Assembly (NCBI GenBank): GCA_002269645.1
Contig: NIVC01000411.1
Coordinates: 143,891 to 207,890, forward strand
DNA: 64,000 bases
Direction of reading: 5' to 3'
Source of the DNA: Macrostomum lignano
Lineage: Eukaryota
Under the pieces are notes generated by a model. The model ran no database searches. It saw only the letters and a list, made by a program, of their open reading frames with translations, and had not been told where the DNA came from. A program made the translations under genes and the position numbers. Below are positions 38,479-52,086 of the stretch, piece by piece (the stretch's first letter is position 1; the number at the start of each line of letters is the position of its first letter).

Positions 38479-40399
38479 ATGCCCCTCACCCCATCTCCTC
38501 GTGCAGAGGCCGTCCGGCACCCGATCTCGTCTGGTCTGTTCAACAAGGACGAGAACTACGTCCGCGGCATCGAAGCGGCCGTCGAGGAGCTCTACGAGCG
38601 CGAGTTCGCCGAGCAGTGCCACACGCCGCAGTACGCGCTGAGGCTCAGGCAAGACTACCCGGAGCCCTGCAAAGAATCGCTTCTGTTCAAGACCCATCTG
38701 CTGGCACCTAACCGGGTGAGTTATTTTCAGTCACGGCACCATAGGAACAATTTTTAGGAAAAGTTCCTAAAATATATTTGAAGGCCAAATTTGAATTATT
38801 TTTTAAGGCCAATTTCGATTGGTTTTTTTCCATCTTTTACCTTTCAAACTGCGTTAGAGAAAGGCGAGGCTACTTAAAGTAATATGCAATTCTTGAGAAA
38901 GAAACAGACCAGAAATCATAATGCATACGTATTCGCTTCTTTTCTGATTCTTGTCAGCTACTAACAGTAGAGTTAATCGATTGTTTCACTATTCTAAGCA
39001 GAAAAGCATAATTATTGTTCTATGGCAGTGTCCATCAAACTGTAGTGTTTTCTTTTCTTAAATCCTTTCTTCCATTCTGCACGCTTTGCAAGCCGTCCAC
39101 CCAAACCAGTGAATTGCAATTGCCCAGAGCAGCAGCGGCGAAAATGAGAAAGCGAGAGTCCTACATCATTAATTATTAATGAGCCTTGCCAAGTCTGCAT
39201 CTGTAATCAACTCAATCCGATACCATGCCGTTCCGCTTGACAACGGCGAGAACTCTCTTCAACTATAGACTTGCAGACTCACTCGTGTGAGCCCTGTGCA
39301 AGTTTTACAGCCTCCTCCACGCCATCCTGGCTCCCATTTTAAACCCATTGGCATAGGCTGGGAACTTCTATAAAAGCTGAACTGCATTTTGGATTTGTTA
39401 TAAACACGATATCCGGCTTCAATTTCTTCTTTGTACCGAGTGAGTTTTGCGTTTTCAGTTATGCCTTTCAAATGCATTCATCATTTTGCGCTTTTCAGCA
39501 TGTCTTATTGTGTCTCATCATGTCTCATTGTATCATCATGTCTCATCATGTCTCACCATGTTTCATTGTCTCATGATGTCTCATGATGTCTCATGTTGTC
39601 TCATGATGTCTCATGATGTCTCATGTTGTCTCATGATGTCTCATGTTGTCTCATGATGTCTCATGATGTCTCATGATGTCTCATGTTGTCTCATGATGTC
39701 TCATGTTGTCTCATGTTGTCTCATGATGTCTCATGTTGTCTCATGATGTCTCATGTTGTCTCATGATGTCTCATGTTGTCTCATGATGTCTCATGTTGTC
39801 TCATGATGTCTCATGATGTCTCATGATGTCTCATGTTGTCTCATGTTGTCTCATGATGTCTCATGATGTCTCATGATGTCTCATGATGTCTCATGTTGTC
39901 TCATGTTGTCTCGTCTCATGATGTCTCATAATGCCTCATGTCTCATGATGTCTCATGATTTTTCGTCATGTCTCGTCATCTCTAATTGTGTCTCATCATG
40001 TTTTACGGTATCTCATCGTGTCTCATAATGCCTAATAATGTCTAATCATGTGTAAAAATCGGCTCTCATTATGTTTCATAATATCTCATTTCCCCATAAA
40101 CATTATTATATGCTCATCGTGACTCACCAGAGGCAGACAAACGCGCTTTGATTCCAGCAAAGCCAACAGCTCTGCTGGCTCACGAACAATGGTGATCGTG
40201 CGCACCAGCCACGGCAACTACGAGCTGCACATTCCCGGCTATCCGTCCCAGATTATCAACTTCCTTTACAAGGTTTGCCCTGCCCGCCATCCCAGTGCGT
40301 GCACTTCTGGTCACAGCGTCACCCACCTGTCCGACACAAAATATCAAACTGTCACGTTTTACACATTCTTAGTAGTTACAGTAGTAGTCTGTGCATGCA

Positions 40400-40472
<73 letters not shown>

Positions 40473-43400
40473 GTCTAATATTTATCCCTTCCTTTTGTCA
40501 CAAATTTTTCAATATTGCGAAAAATCGTTTTGATTAGAATTTTTAGATCACTTCGATATTACTACTTAGTAGTATTAAAATGATCTTGTGTTGATTTTTA
40601 AATCTTATATTTTCAGCATTGAGTTTATAAATATCTAGCAAATTGAAAAAGTCTAAACATTTAGCACTTCATGAAATTTGTTTCGATACATATCGGCTGA
40701 AATGCATGTTCCTTATTTATTTTCACTCGCTTTTAAAATTAAGAAAGACAGGTCGCACGTCTTTATCTTTCTCTGACTTCCGTAAAGATCATATACTGTT
40801 TACTCAGATTATTTGAGATCCCGAATCTTCCAAAATTGATTTGCTCAGATCCTCGAATCTTCCGCAGCTCGAGCAGCAGGACGGCGGAGCGCGCCGAGCA
40901 AAATCTGCTTACGAGAAAACTCGCCGCCAAAACCCGGCCATCCCGCCCGGGAGCTTCTATCGGCCGACGTCTGCGCACCCGTTCCTGCAGCCGCAGCAGC
41001 AGCCGCAGCAGCTCCAGCAGCCTCCGCCTGAACCTGCCGGCGAGGACTCTTACAGATATGGCAGGCCAACCAGAGCTTCGTGAGTTGCTGTTTGCCCTCT
41101 ATTTGTTATTTACTTGTCACAGCATCCGTGACTTCCCCTCTCCCCTTCCCTATCTCCGTGTCGCGACTTGCTTAGGCATTCTTCTGCTCTTCTGAACTCG
41201 GCTCTTTTTACTCCATCTGTCTGTCCAGTTCAGTCTTGTCTTTCTCCTTCGCTGCCTTCTGATTGGCTCTTCGATCTGACCTCTTTCCTCTCTCTCCCCT
41301 TCCCTCGTTTCCTCTATTTTGCTCTCTCCCTCTCTCTCTCCCTCTTTCTATCTCCCTTTCTCCCTCTCTCCCTCTCTCCCTATTTCCCTCTCTCCCTATC
41401 TCCCTCTCTCCCTATCTCCCTCTCTCCCTATCTCCCTCTCTCCCTATCTCCCTTTTCCCTCTCTCCCTCTCTCCTCTCCCTCTCTCCCTCTCCCTCTCTC
41501 CCTCTCCCTCTCTCCCTCTCCCTCTCTCCCTCTCCCTCTCTCCCTCTCCCTCTCTCCCTCTCCCTCTCTCCCTCTCCCTATCTCCCTCTCTCTCTCTCCC
41601 TCTCTCCCTCTCTCCCTCTCCCTATCTCCCTCTCTCTCTCCCTCTCTCCCTCTCTCCCTGTCCCTATCTCCCTCTCTCCCTCTCCCTATCTCCCTCTCTC
41701 CCTCTCTCCCTCTCTCTCTCCCTCTCTCCCTATCTCCCTCTCTCCCTCTCTCCCTATCTTCCCCTCTCCCTATCTCCCTCTCTCCCTCTCTCCCTATCTC
41801 TTTATCTCCCTCTCTCCCTCTCTCCCTCTCCCTATCTACCCTCTCCCTTTCTCCCTCCCTCTCTCCCTCTCCCTATCTCACTCTCTCCCTCTCTCCCTCT
41901 CTCCCTATCTCCCTCTCTCTCTCTCCCCCTCTCCCTATCTCCCTCTCTCCCTCTTTCTCTCTCCCTATCTCCCTCTCTCCCTCTCTCCTTCTCTCCCTCT
42001 CCCTATCTCCCTCTCTCCCTCTCCCCCTCTCTTCCTCTCTCCCTGTCTCCCTCTCTTCGTCATTCCCTTTCCCTATACCTCTCTCCTCTCCGCCCAAAAC
42101 TTATTTCGATGCAGTATACAATCGTTACAAATCAAGAGAATTCCGCGTGCTACTTGAGCCTTGTAGAATTCTTAGAAACCAGAACCGCATTCAATCGGCC
42201 CCAGTCGCGATTCAAGAGGAACGCCGGCAAGACCGACTGAGTGAGTGACGCATTGTTGAAATAAAACAATACTCAAATGACTCATTTTTTAGAAAATCAT
42301 TGTTGAAAAAATTTTCTTTAACTTTTTTAGGAGCAGAGAGGCTGGAACGAAAGCGCTGCATCTCTGCTAATCAAGTGCAGAGAGAGTGAGTTTTGTATTT
42401 TTTGTGTCAAATTCGTAAAATTGCTAAATTACAGCATGAGATTATAAATATAGTGTTCACACCTGCCTCCCCACCCGTCTCACAACAAAGGCTGGCGGAA
42501 CGAAAAAGCGGGCGCGTCACGGGCGAAACGTTTCACGCCTTTCTGGTTGGAGCCAGATACAACTCGTGAGTGCCTGCCCGCACTGCGCTACTCTTAGTAT
42601 AAATTAGCACTTTTTTGTGTCTGTTTATAGACAGCTTACAGACATTTATCCATCTGTCTATGGTAATCTATCTGCCTTTTATAGACATCTATACTCTCCA
42701 CCCATCTATAGACTGACATCCATACCCTCCACCCATCTATAGACAGACATCTACACCTTCTGCTCATCTATAGACAGATATCTATACCCTCTGCCCATCT
42801 ATAGACAGACATCTATACCCTCCACCCATCCATAGACAGACAGCTATATACCCTCCACTCATCTACAGATAGACATCCATATCTTCTGCCCATCTATAGA
42901 CCCCTGTAGACAGCTTTCCCGTCTATAGACATTAACCTACGTTCAGGAGGCATTCAGCTATTCGAAAGTGACTGAAGCAATCACGCTGAGCCATTGTTTC
43001 CTGTGAACCTCCCGCCACTCCGCAGAAGCAACTACATCGACCGCCGGGCCATAGACAGGTACGGCATGTACCTGCCGCGCAGCAACCCGGCTGAATGCTT
43101 TGGCCGGCCCGACCGCCTCCTGACTTCGCTCGACAGTCCGTTCGGCGACGGCGGCTGCGGCGGCGGCGGCTGTCAGCCTTCGTTCGCCAGCGGCATCGGC
43201 GGCCTCAGCGGAGGCGGCCTGGTCACCAGCGAGGACAACGAGAGGCTGGCCTCAGTGCTCAGCATGTTCAGCGGCGAGGAGGCCGCCGCAGAAGAAGCTG
43301 AGGACGGCGAGAGCGACGCCCCCGACACTGGCCGGCGACTGGTGTACTCCGTGGCCAGCGAGCGAGCCATCGAGACCGTCGAGGAGGACGACGAAGAGGC

Positions 43401-44349
43401 CGGCGGCGACAGCAAGCGAGACGCTGACGGCAACCAGGGCGTCGACCCGAAGATGCCGCTGGAGACGCCGCCTCCGCCACCTCCGCCGCCATCGACAGCC
43501 GGCGACTCTCGCCGTCGGAATCTTCGCAGCGGTCAAACCGTCGGCGGATTCGGCGTTGTCGGACGGTCGTTTCAACCGCCTGTCAGCCAGCAGCCGCCGG
43601 CAACGCCGCCGACTTCGCAGCAGCAGCAGCAGAAGCGGTCGCTGTTGAACCATCAGCAGCACCAGCAGCACCAGCAGCTTCGGGATCGTCGACGAACTCC
43701 GCCGTCGATTCCGCGTGGCGCCGCCAGCCTGCCGGCCGTGCTGGGGCGGGCGATGCAGCAGCCGCCGCAGCAGCAGCTTTATCAGCACTCCGGATCTGCG
43801 TCCGGAACCCCGCGCCGAGTTGTGCCGCCAATGCCTGGCACCTATCCTGCTCACCTGCTGGCTCAGCAGCCTCAGCCTCATCAGCATAATCCTCAGCAGC
43901 AGCAGCTGCAGCCTCAGCAGCAGCGGTCCGTGAGCTTCAACCCGACGCCCGTGTCGCCGCCACGCCAGTCGCCGCACCAGCCGCAGCAGGCGCCGTTCCG
44001 CGTCGGAGACTCGGACATCGAGCGGATGTTCGCCTTCGTTGAGACGGCGATCGCCGAGCGCAGTAGCGCCGGCACCGGCAGGCGCGCGGTCTCGGCGGGG
44101 CGCCGTCAGCCGCAGCAGCCACAGCAGCTGCTCATTGGCCAGGCCCCCAGCAACACGCCCAGGGACAGGAGAGACGACCAGTCAGCACTGCCGCTGCACC
44201 TCGAGGAGCTGGTCGAAGTGGACGAAGATGCCGAGAAGGCTGACGTCGCGGAAGCTGTGACTGCTGCTGCTTCCCCTGGCGATGAAGCCGACGAAAAGCT
44301 GCAGATCAAAGTGAGCCTGCAGACACCCGTCGAGAACTCCGAGCCTTAA
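38479..44349 (+). CDS. Uncharacterised protein with Q/P-rich disordered C-terminus (~720 aa, 7 exons; internal frame ambiguous)
   Basis: Phase-consistent model: 38479-38715, 40158-40272, 40849-41079, 42115-42240, 42331-42385, 42491-42565, 43026-44349. Exons 2-3 are also open in a second frame. No family recognised. Confidence 0.6.
39500..39960. repeat. 10-bp minisatellite (tcatg(a/t)tgtc)n
   Basis: Direct. Confidence 0.95.
40400..40470. repeat. (ctgt)n microsatellite
   Basis: Direct. Confidence 0.95.
41280..42090. repeat. ~800-bp polypyrimidine (CT-rich) tract, intronic
   Basis: Nearly pure C/T with occasional A, ending just before the acceptor at 42114. Confidence 0.95.
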
Positions 44350-44689
44350 TCTTCAAATCTACTTTGTAGGGAAATCTTTGCTGCCAATCGGGTTTCACTG
44401 AATTCGTGAAAACTTTATGTTTTGTTACTACTGCAAGTAGCGTTTTACGTTTAACAGGATTTCCAACGCGATTTCATAATCATACTTTCGTGTTGTTGAT
44501 CTTCCGTCTCTTCCGTTTCTTACTCACAATCAACGCGATGGGCTACGTCTATGTTAATGTTAATTTTTTTGCTCTTTAAAGCTCTGAATTTAGTCAGTTT
44601 TCTATCTCCACACACTTGTTGTGTTTCTCCCCTCCTCAGACCCACAGCACGACCACCCCTCCCCAAAACCATACAGTCACCCCTACACC

Positions 44690-45170
44690 ACAAGACCATA
44701 GCACAGTCACCCCTCTCCAAGACCATAGCACAGCCACCCCTCCCCAAGACCATAGCACAGCCACCCCTCCCCAAGACCATAGCACAGCCACCCCTCCCCA
44801 AGACCATAGCACAGCCACCCCTCCCCAAGACCATAGCACAGCCACCCCTCCCCAAGACCATAGCACAGCCACCCCTCCCCAAGACCATAGCACAGCCACC
44901 CCTCCCCAAGACCATAGCACAGCCACCCCTCCCAAGACCATAGCACAGCCACCCCTCTCCAAGACCATAGCACAGCCACCCCTCCCCAAGACCATAACAC
45001 AGCCACCCCTTCCCAAGACCATAGCACAGCCACACCTTCCCAAGACCATAGCACAGCCACCCCTCCCCAAGACCATAACACAGCCACCCCTCCCCGAGAT
45101 AATAACACAGCCACCCCTCCCAAGACCATATATGTAGCACAGTCATCACTCCCCAGGACCATAACACAGC
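44690..45170. repeat. 27-bp minisatellite (agcacagccacccctccccaagaccat)n
   Basis: About 16 units between convergent genes. Confidence 0.95.
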
Positions 45171-45827
45171 GTCCTGGTGCGCCAGAAAAGCGTGCAGAAG
45201 TGGAATGTTAAATTGCGTACTTTCTTACTCAATTTTTATACTAGCCTGTAATTGTGTTGTTAAAAATTTTCGAATAATCAGACACGCCATGTCCGTGATT
45301 TTCTGAACCTGCAACTGATATTACTAATAATTGATTGGATTGAAGATTGCTCACAAATTCCTTAGCCGCTCATTAACTCACATAATTCCTAAGGCCCCAT
45401 AAAAGCCAAAAGTTTTTTTATAAATCGTTTGCGTTTTACTTTACTGGATGCCACTTATTTTACAGATTCTTTACTTTTTTATGCTAACGTTAAAATTATA
45501 TGCACCACGAAACTGTAGTCTGCAGTACTTGGTAATTCTGGCTTGTTTTCTAGTAAATTTAGCAGACAAATATTTAAATAAAACAATAAAACAACGGAAT
45601 GAGCAAGTCTTATGTCTCTTGAAAATCGAAAATTGTATTTCACTCTAATAAAACATTGCATGCATGGAAAGGCATCACATTAATATGGTACCTAACAGCA
45701 ATTGTGCCACCTGTTCACCGCTAATGTCGTTGAAAATGCTCTTTTTAAAAGAATAAAATTTCTTATAGCATTTACACGCTTCTGAAAACAAAAAGTAGTA
45801 TCCTATGAAAATAACTACAAATTCAAT

Positions 45828-48800
45828 TCAAACAACGTCGCGAAAGTCCAGACAGGCGGTGAACAGCAGCGACTCGAAGCCGACTCCGGCCAGCTCTCCG
45901 ATGCAGCGGCCAAACTCCTGGCCGTCCGGACCGTCCATCCACTGCCAGAACTGGCGCACGCCCGGCCACTGGCTGACGTACACTGACTTGCCCGGCTCGC
46001 CCAGCGGGTTCAGAAACGGCTGGCCTCGGATTCGAATCGCGCCGCCCGAGTCGCCGGCTGAGGCCTTGACAACCAGGCGGCCTTGGTAGCGGTCCACAGC
46101 TGCCAGGCTGGCCTCCAGGCGAGTCTGCGGAGCCAATGGGAGCTGACAGCTTGTGTGGCAACCAATCCAACACACACAGCACCCCAGTTTAACAATCAGC
46201 ACCCCAGTTTAACACACACACAGCACCCCAGTTTAACACACACTCAGCACCCCAGTTTAACACACACAGCACCCCAGTTTAACACACACAGCACCCCAGT
46301 TTAACACACACAGCACCCCAGTTTAACAATCAGCACCCCAGTTTAACACACACTCAGCACCCCAGTTTAACACACACTCAGCACCCCAGTTTAACACACA
46401 CACAGCACCCCAGTTTAACACACACTCAGCACCCCAGTTTAACACACACAGCACCCCAGTTTAACACACACTCAGCACCCCAGTTTAACACACACTCAGC
46501 ACCCCAGTTTAACACACACAGCACCCCAGTTTAACACACACAGCACCCCAGTTTAACAATCAGCACCCCAGTTTAACACACACTCAGCACCCCAGTTTAA
46601 CAATCAGCACCCCAGTTTAACACACACACAGCACCCCAGTTTAACACACACACAGCACCCCAGTTTAACACACACAGCACCCCAGTTTAACACACACTCA
46701 GCACCCCAGTTTAACACACACAGTACCCCAGTTTAACACACACTCAGCACCCCAGTTTAACACACACAGCACCCCAGTTTAACACACACAGCACCCCAGT
46801 TTAACACACACTCAGCACCCCAGTTTAACACACACAGAACCCCAGTTTAACACACACAGCACCCCAGTTTAACACACACAGCACCCCAGTTTAACACACA
46901 CAGCACCCCAGTTTAACACACACAGCACCCCAGTTTAACACAAACAGCACCCCAGTTTAACACACTCAGCAGCCCAGTTTAACACACACAGCACCCCAGT
47001 TTCAGACGAAATTCGCACCTGCAGCTCGCTAATCTCAGCCTCAGCCAGCTCCAAAGCCTCAGCCGTCATGTCCATGCCCTCAGGCTTGGCTGCGTGGACT
47101 CGCACATGCACCAGGTGGAAGACGCACATGTTGCTAATCAGTTTCCTGGGTTCAATGGGGCTGGGCACCACGGATCTGTCAGGCGAGTGCAGCGACAGGC
47201 ACCACACATCAAAGCGGCCGCCTAGAAATTCTTTGTTGCTGAAGTGCCGCTCATCAGTGACAAATCGATAGGCCTGCTCGGTGCTGGTGAAGCGCAGCAG
47301 CCCGACTGACTGCACCGGGTCCGGGGCGTCCGTCTTCACGTTGAACACCTGCGGTTGACGGCGGCAATGCGGACGAACCCCCGTCTGCTCTCTTGTAACA
47401 CTCTTCTCTAACAGGTGACAATCTAACAGGCAATAGTCACATCAAACAGGTGACACTCCTGACTAACAGGTGACACTCCTGACTAACAGGTGATAGTTCT
47501 GACAAACAGGTGACACAATCCTGTCTAACAGGTGACACAATCCTGTCTAACAGGTGACACAATCCTGTCTAACAGGTGACACAATCCTGTCTAACAGGTG
47601 ACACAATCCTGTCTAACAGGTGACACAATCCTGTCTAACAGGTGACACAATCCTGTCTAACAGGTGACACAATCCTGTCTAACAGGTGACACAATCCTGT
47701 CTAACAGGTGACACAATCCTGTCTAACAGGTGTCACAATCCTGTCTAACAGGTGACACAATCCTGTCTAACAGGTGACACAATCCTGTCTAACAGGTGAC
47801 ACAATCCTGTCTAACAGGTGACACAATCCTGTCTAACAGGTGACACAATCCTGTCTAACAGGTGACACAATCCTGTCTAACAGGTGACACAATCCTGTCT
47901 AACAGGTGACACAATCCTGTCTAACAGGTGACACAATCCTGTCTAACAGGTGACACAATCCTGTCTAACAGGTGACACAATCCTGTCTAACAGGTGTCAC
48001 AATCCTGTCTAACAGGTGACACAATCCTGTCTAACAGGTGTCACAATCCTGTCTAACAGGTGACACAATCCTGTCTAACAGGTGACACAATCCTGTCTAA
48101 AAGGTGACACAATCCTGTCTAACAGGTGACACAATCCTGTCTAACAGGTGACACAATCCTGTCTAACAGGTGTCACAATCCTGTCTAACAGGTGACACAA
48201 TCCTGTCTAACAGGTGACACAATCCTGTCTAACAGGTGACACAATCCTGTCTAACAGGTGTCACAATCCTGTCTAACATGTGACACAATCCTGTCTAACA
48301 GGTGACACAATCCTGTCTAACAGGTGACACAATCCTGTCTAACAGGTGACACAATCCTGTCTAACAGGTGACACAATCCTGTCTAACAGGTGACACAATC
48401 CTGTCTAACAGGTGTCACAATCCTGTCTAACAGGTGACACAATCCTGTCTAACAGGTGGCACAGTCCTGTCTAACAGGTGACACAATCCTGTCTAACAGG
48501 TGACACAATCCTGTCTAACAGGTGACACAATCCTGTCTAACAGGTGACACAATCCTGTCTAACAGGTGTCACAATCCTGTTTAACAGGTGTCACAATCCT
48601 GTCTAACAGGTGACACAATCCTGTCTAACAGGTGACAATCCTGTCTAACAGGTGACACAATCCTGTCTAACAGGTGACACAATCCTGTCTAACAGGTGTC
48701 ACAATCCTGTCTAACAGGTGACACAATCCTGTCTAACAGGTGACACAATCCTGTCTAACAGGTGTCACAATCCTGTCTAACAGGTGACACAATCGTGTCT

Positions 48801-50583
48801 AACAGGTGACACAATCCTGTCTAACAGGTGACACAATCATGTCTAACAGGTGACACAATCCTGTCTAACAGGTGTCACAATCCTGTCTAACAGGTGACAC
48901 AATCCTGTCTAACAGGTGACAATTCTGTCTAACAGGTGTCACAATCCTGTCTAACAGGTGACACAATCCTGTCTAACAGGTGACACAATCCTGTCTAACA
49001 GGTGACACAATCCTGTCTAACAGGTGACAATCCTGTCTAACAGGTGACAATCCTGTCTAACAGGTGACAAGTCATGGCCTGGTAAAAGGCGCACTTTACA
49101 AACCCCTCTCCGTCTAATCTACCTTGGTTGCTATACCGCAGTAGTCGCCGTTGACAACGGCCAATCGGGTTGAGCAGGATATGATGAAGTTGCGCAGCAC
49201 CCTGCAGTGCGGCTTGGTGAACCGGATCAGCAGGTAGCAGGGCCGCTTTCTCACTGGGTAAAGCGCCCTTCCTGACGGGGTTGGGTCAGTGATGTCTTAA
49301 GGGGCTGGTTATACGTTTGTACATGCTTGTGCTCAGTATAGTCAGCGGAATGAGAAGGGTTAAACTACGAGTAAATATTGGCACGAGGGATATTCATACA
49401 GTCTCTGTGCTTTGATGGTTTGTCCTCATGGTTGTGCATCCAAGGACTACTCATTACTCAAGTGCCCTCGTAGAAAAGGACGGTTAACAACGTTTCTTAG
49501 AAAATGTTTTATGAGGCTGGTTTTCGCCGAAAAATACACTACGGAGATATAGGAAGTTTTAATTTATTTCAGTACAAAAAATAGTAATCGCTTTCGACAG
49601 GAGGCAGACCCAATGTTCATGTTTCGATATGTTGTGTCTTTCTTATAGCTTTCTTATTCCAATTTTCTAAATGAATTACATGTACGCTCGTATATTACCA
49701 CTTTTTTATGCTCATCACCTCAAGCTTCATCATTAAAGTGAAAAAAGGATCACTATGTGAAAAAAGCATCATGCTAAACATAAAAGAAGCATAATTTTAA
49801 GCATAAACGAAGCATCTTGTACTCGTAAAACAAAAAATATTTATTGGGAAATTGCTAAGACGTCAAGACTTACAGGGAGAACTGCTGAGAAATCGAGGCT
49901 TATGGGGGGGGGAGTTGCTGAGATGTCAAAGGCTTACTGGGAGCATTGCTAAGATGTCATTGTCAAGGCTTACAGGGGGAATGGCTGGGATGTCAAGGCT
50001 TACGGGGGAATGGCTGGGATGTCAAAGGCTTGCAGCTGGGGGAATTGCTGAGATATCAAGGCTTACTGGAAGCATGGGTCCATTCTTTAAAATTCTAGTC
50101 ATATTTTCATTTTCGTTTTTAAACGGGCTAAATTGCTAGTATTTTCTAAGAAACGTTGTTTCCCGTCCTTCTACTTGCAGAGTAGTCCTTGGATGCATCA
50201 ATAGAGGATATGAAATATTTACCAGTTTCAGTGAGAAAAATGTCTGAAACTGCCGAGACTGAGGACGTCCGCCTGGCCGAATTCGATGACGGGGTACTGC
50301 TTGATGGCGCACTCGAGTCCTCCGCGGCGAGGTATATTCTGGGGCAGTTGCTGTAGCACAGCTCCGGTGGAGCGTCTGAGTAGTTCACCGAACCAAACAT
50401 GATGGCGCTGAGCGAGTGGATTAACGCTTGGGATGGCTGAGCACTCTGCTCAGCTTCAGTCTTTGGATGACAGAACTTGGCTAGTAAACAATTGCCATAG
50501 ACAAATTCTTCACCGCTCGGCGAAGAAACAAGCAGATTGCGGCTATAGCCATCCAGCAGGCATTTCCGGTAAAGCAGAGTTGG
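45828..50583 (-). CDS. Protein with two probable DUF1330-like (dimeric alpha+beta barrel) domains; 5' end unresolved (>=384 aa, 4 exons)
   Basis: Exons 50583-50223, 49271-49123, 47348-47019, 46142-45828 (phases 1,0,0). Domain 1 CYLLIRF...LAVVNGDY...VGLLRFTSTEQAYRFV; domain 2 AAVDRYQGRLVVKA...VYVSQWPGVRQFWQWMDGPD. Confidence 0.65.
46170..47000. repeat. 21-25-bp minisatellite (cagcaccccagtttaacacaca)n, intronic
   Basis: Fills nearly the whole intron 46143-47018. Confidence 0.95.
47420..49070. repeat. 22-bp minisatellite (aacaggtgacacaatcctgtct)n, intronic
   Basis: About 70 units. Confidence 0.97.
49850..50070. repeat. Degenerate ~30-bp tandem repeat (gctgagatgtcaaggcttac...)
   Basis: About 6 units. 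Confidence 0.7.
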
Positions 50584-52086
50584 CTGTGGTTAGTAAAGGT
50601 ATTAACTAGAGAGCTGACTAGCTTTACATGTATGCTGCATTGGGGTAGGATGCACAGTACTAAGATATAAGCACCCCCAATCACTCCAACAACCCCAATC
50701 ACTCCAATCACTTTAATATCTCCAGGCACTCCAACTGCTCGATCTTCACTATAGATTTTAATCCATTATTGATTTACATGATGTAGATTAAAACGCTTTA
50801 ATTTTAACAAAGTTTTTTTTCGTGCAAGTGCAAGAATGAGTATTAATAAGTCAAGCAAAACAATAAATAAAATTGCAAACAAGAGTGCAATTCCAACGCA
50901 AAAACTGCATTGGCTGCATCTTGAAGTTTTTTAAATTATTTTTTTATTGGAACAGAAGGATATATAGCGCAATCGATACATAATTGAAAATAGTCAAGAT
51001 TATTAATGTTAAATGGTAACATGGCTTGAAAACTTGATTAAGTGCAGTAGTCTACAAGTATACGAGCTCGAAGAACTATAACTTTTCTCAGTCTATAAGT
51101 AAAACAAACAAAAGTAAAACATAAAAATGAAGACAGAAAATTTGAATCCTCTACCTACTACTAAGTCACTAAGAATATTGCTTACATGTATATCTTTTAT
51201 ATAACTTATTAATTAAAACTATTCTCCAGACATCGGTGGCAAAATTATACGCGCGTATTTTCATTTTCCGGGATTTTTTCGGTTAGCTATGTAATTCTGA
51301 GAACTCGTTTTGACTGTGTTTTATGAAACATGAATTTTTAAATAGCTATATTTACATAAAATATTAGAAAATAGTTTATGTACATAGTATTAATACCTAA
51401 TAATAATAGTTTTTATTCATTTAACAATGTCAGAGTTTATACTATAATAATATATAATATAATTATTAATTAATGTATAATAATAAATCGAGCTCGATAT
51501 TCTTTCTGTAATATACTTGCTTATATAAATAGCTCTCTCAAAGTGCATGTTTCATCATTTACATAAAATCGATACTATATAATAATTAAAAAATGTTTAC
51601 CTATTTGATATTCTATGGTTTAAACCGCAAAAATCTCATTGACCGTAGTCCGTGGGGGTATATGTTAATAAGTGGGCGGCCAGAGAAAAAATGGTCTTAA
51701 TTTGTTAATAAATGTACGAGCGTAATATGTATTTAACGAGTTTTGTTAGATTAGTATCAGCGACAGCATCAGTGATCGAAATTGATAAACGATTTATTTT
51801 GCCACTGAATTGAACCATTTTTCTTAATCTTTCAGGAACTTGTATAGTACGTCCGCGTATTCATTTATATTAATCTCTAAATAACAAAAGTTCTAGTGCT
51901 ATTAAGCAGAAAAAATATTTTTACCTCGCAAATGTGGAATTTTAGGCGAGCATCGAATGAAAAATAGTTAAACTTTCCAAAACTGCAATGGTAAATATTT
52001 GAATGCGAATGAAAATGTAATTACACACTGTACCAGAAATCGCGTGAAAGTTTTGTATAGCTAGCGAAAATAAATTTGTCCGTGGG

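Noticed and set aside
47420-49070. CRISPR-like array
   Set aside because: Units are directly tandem with no unique spacers, there are no cas genes, and the context is a eukaryotic intron
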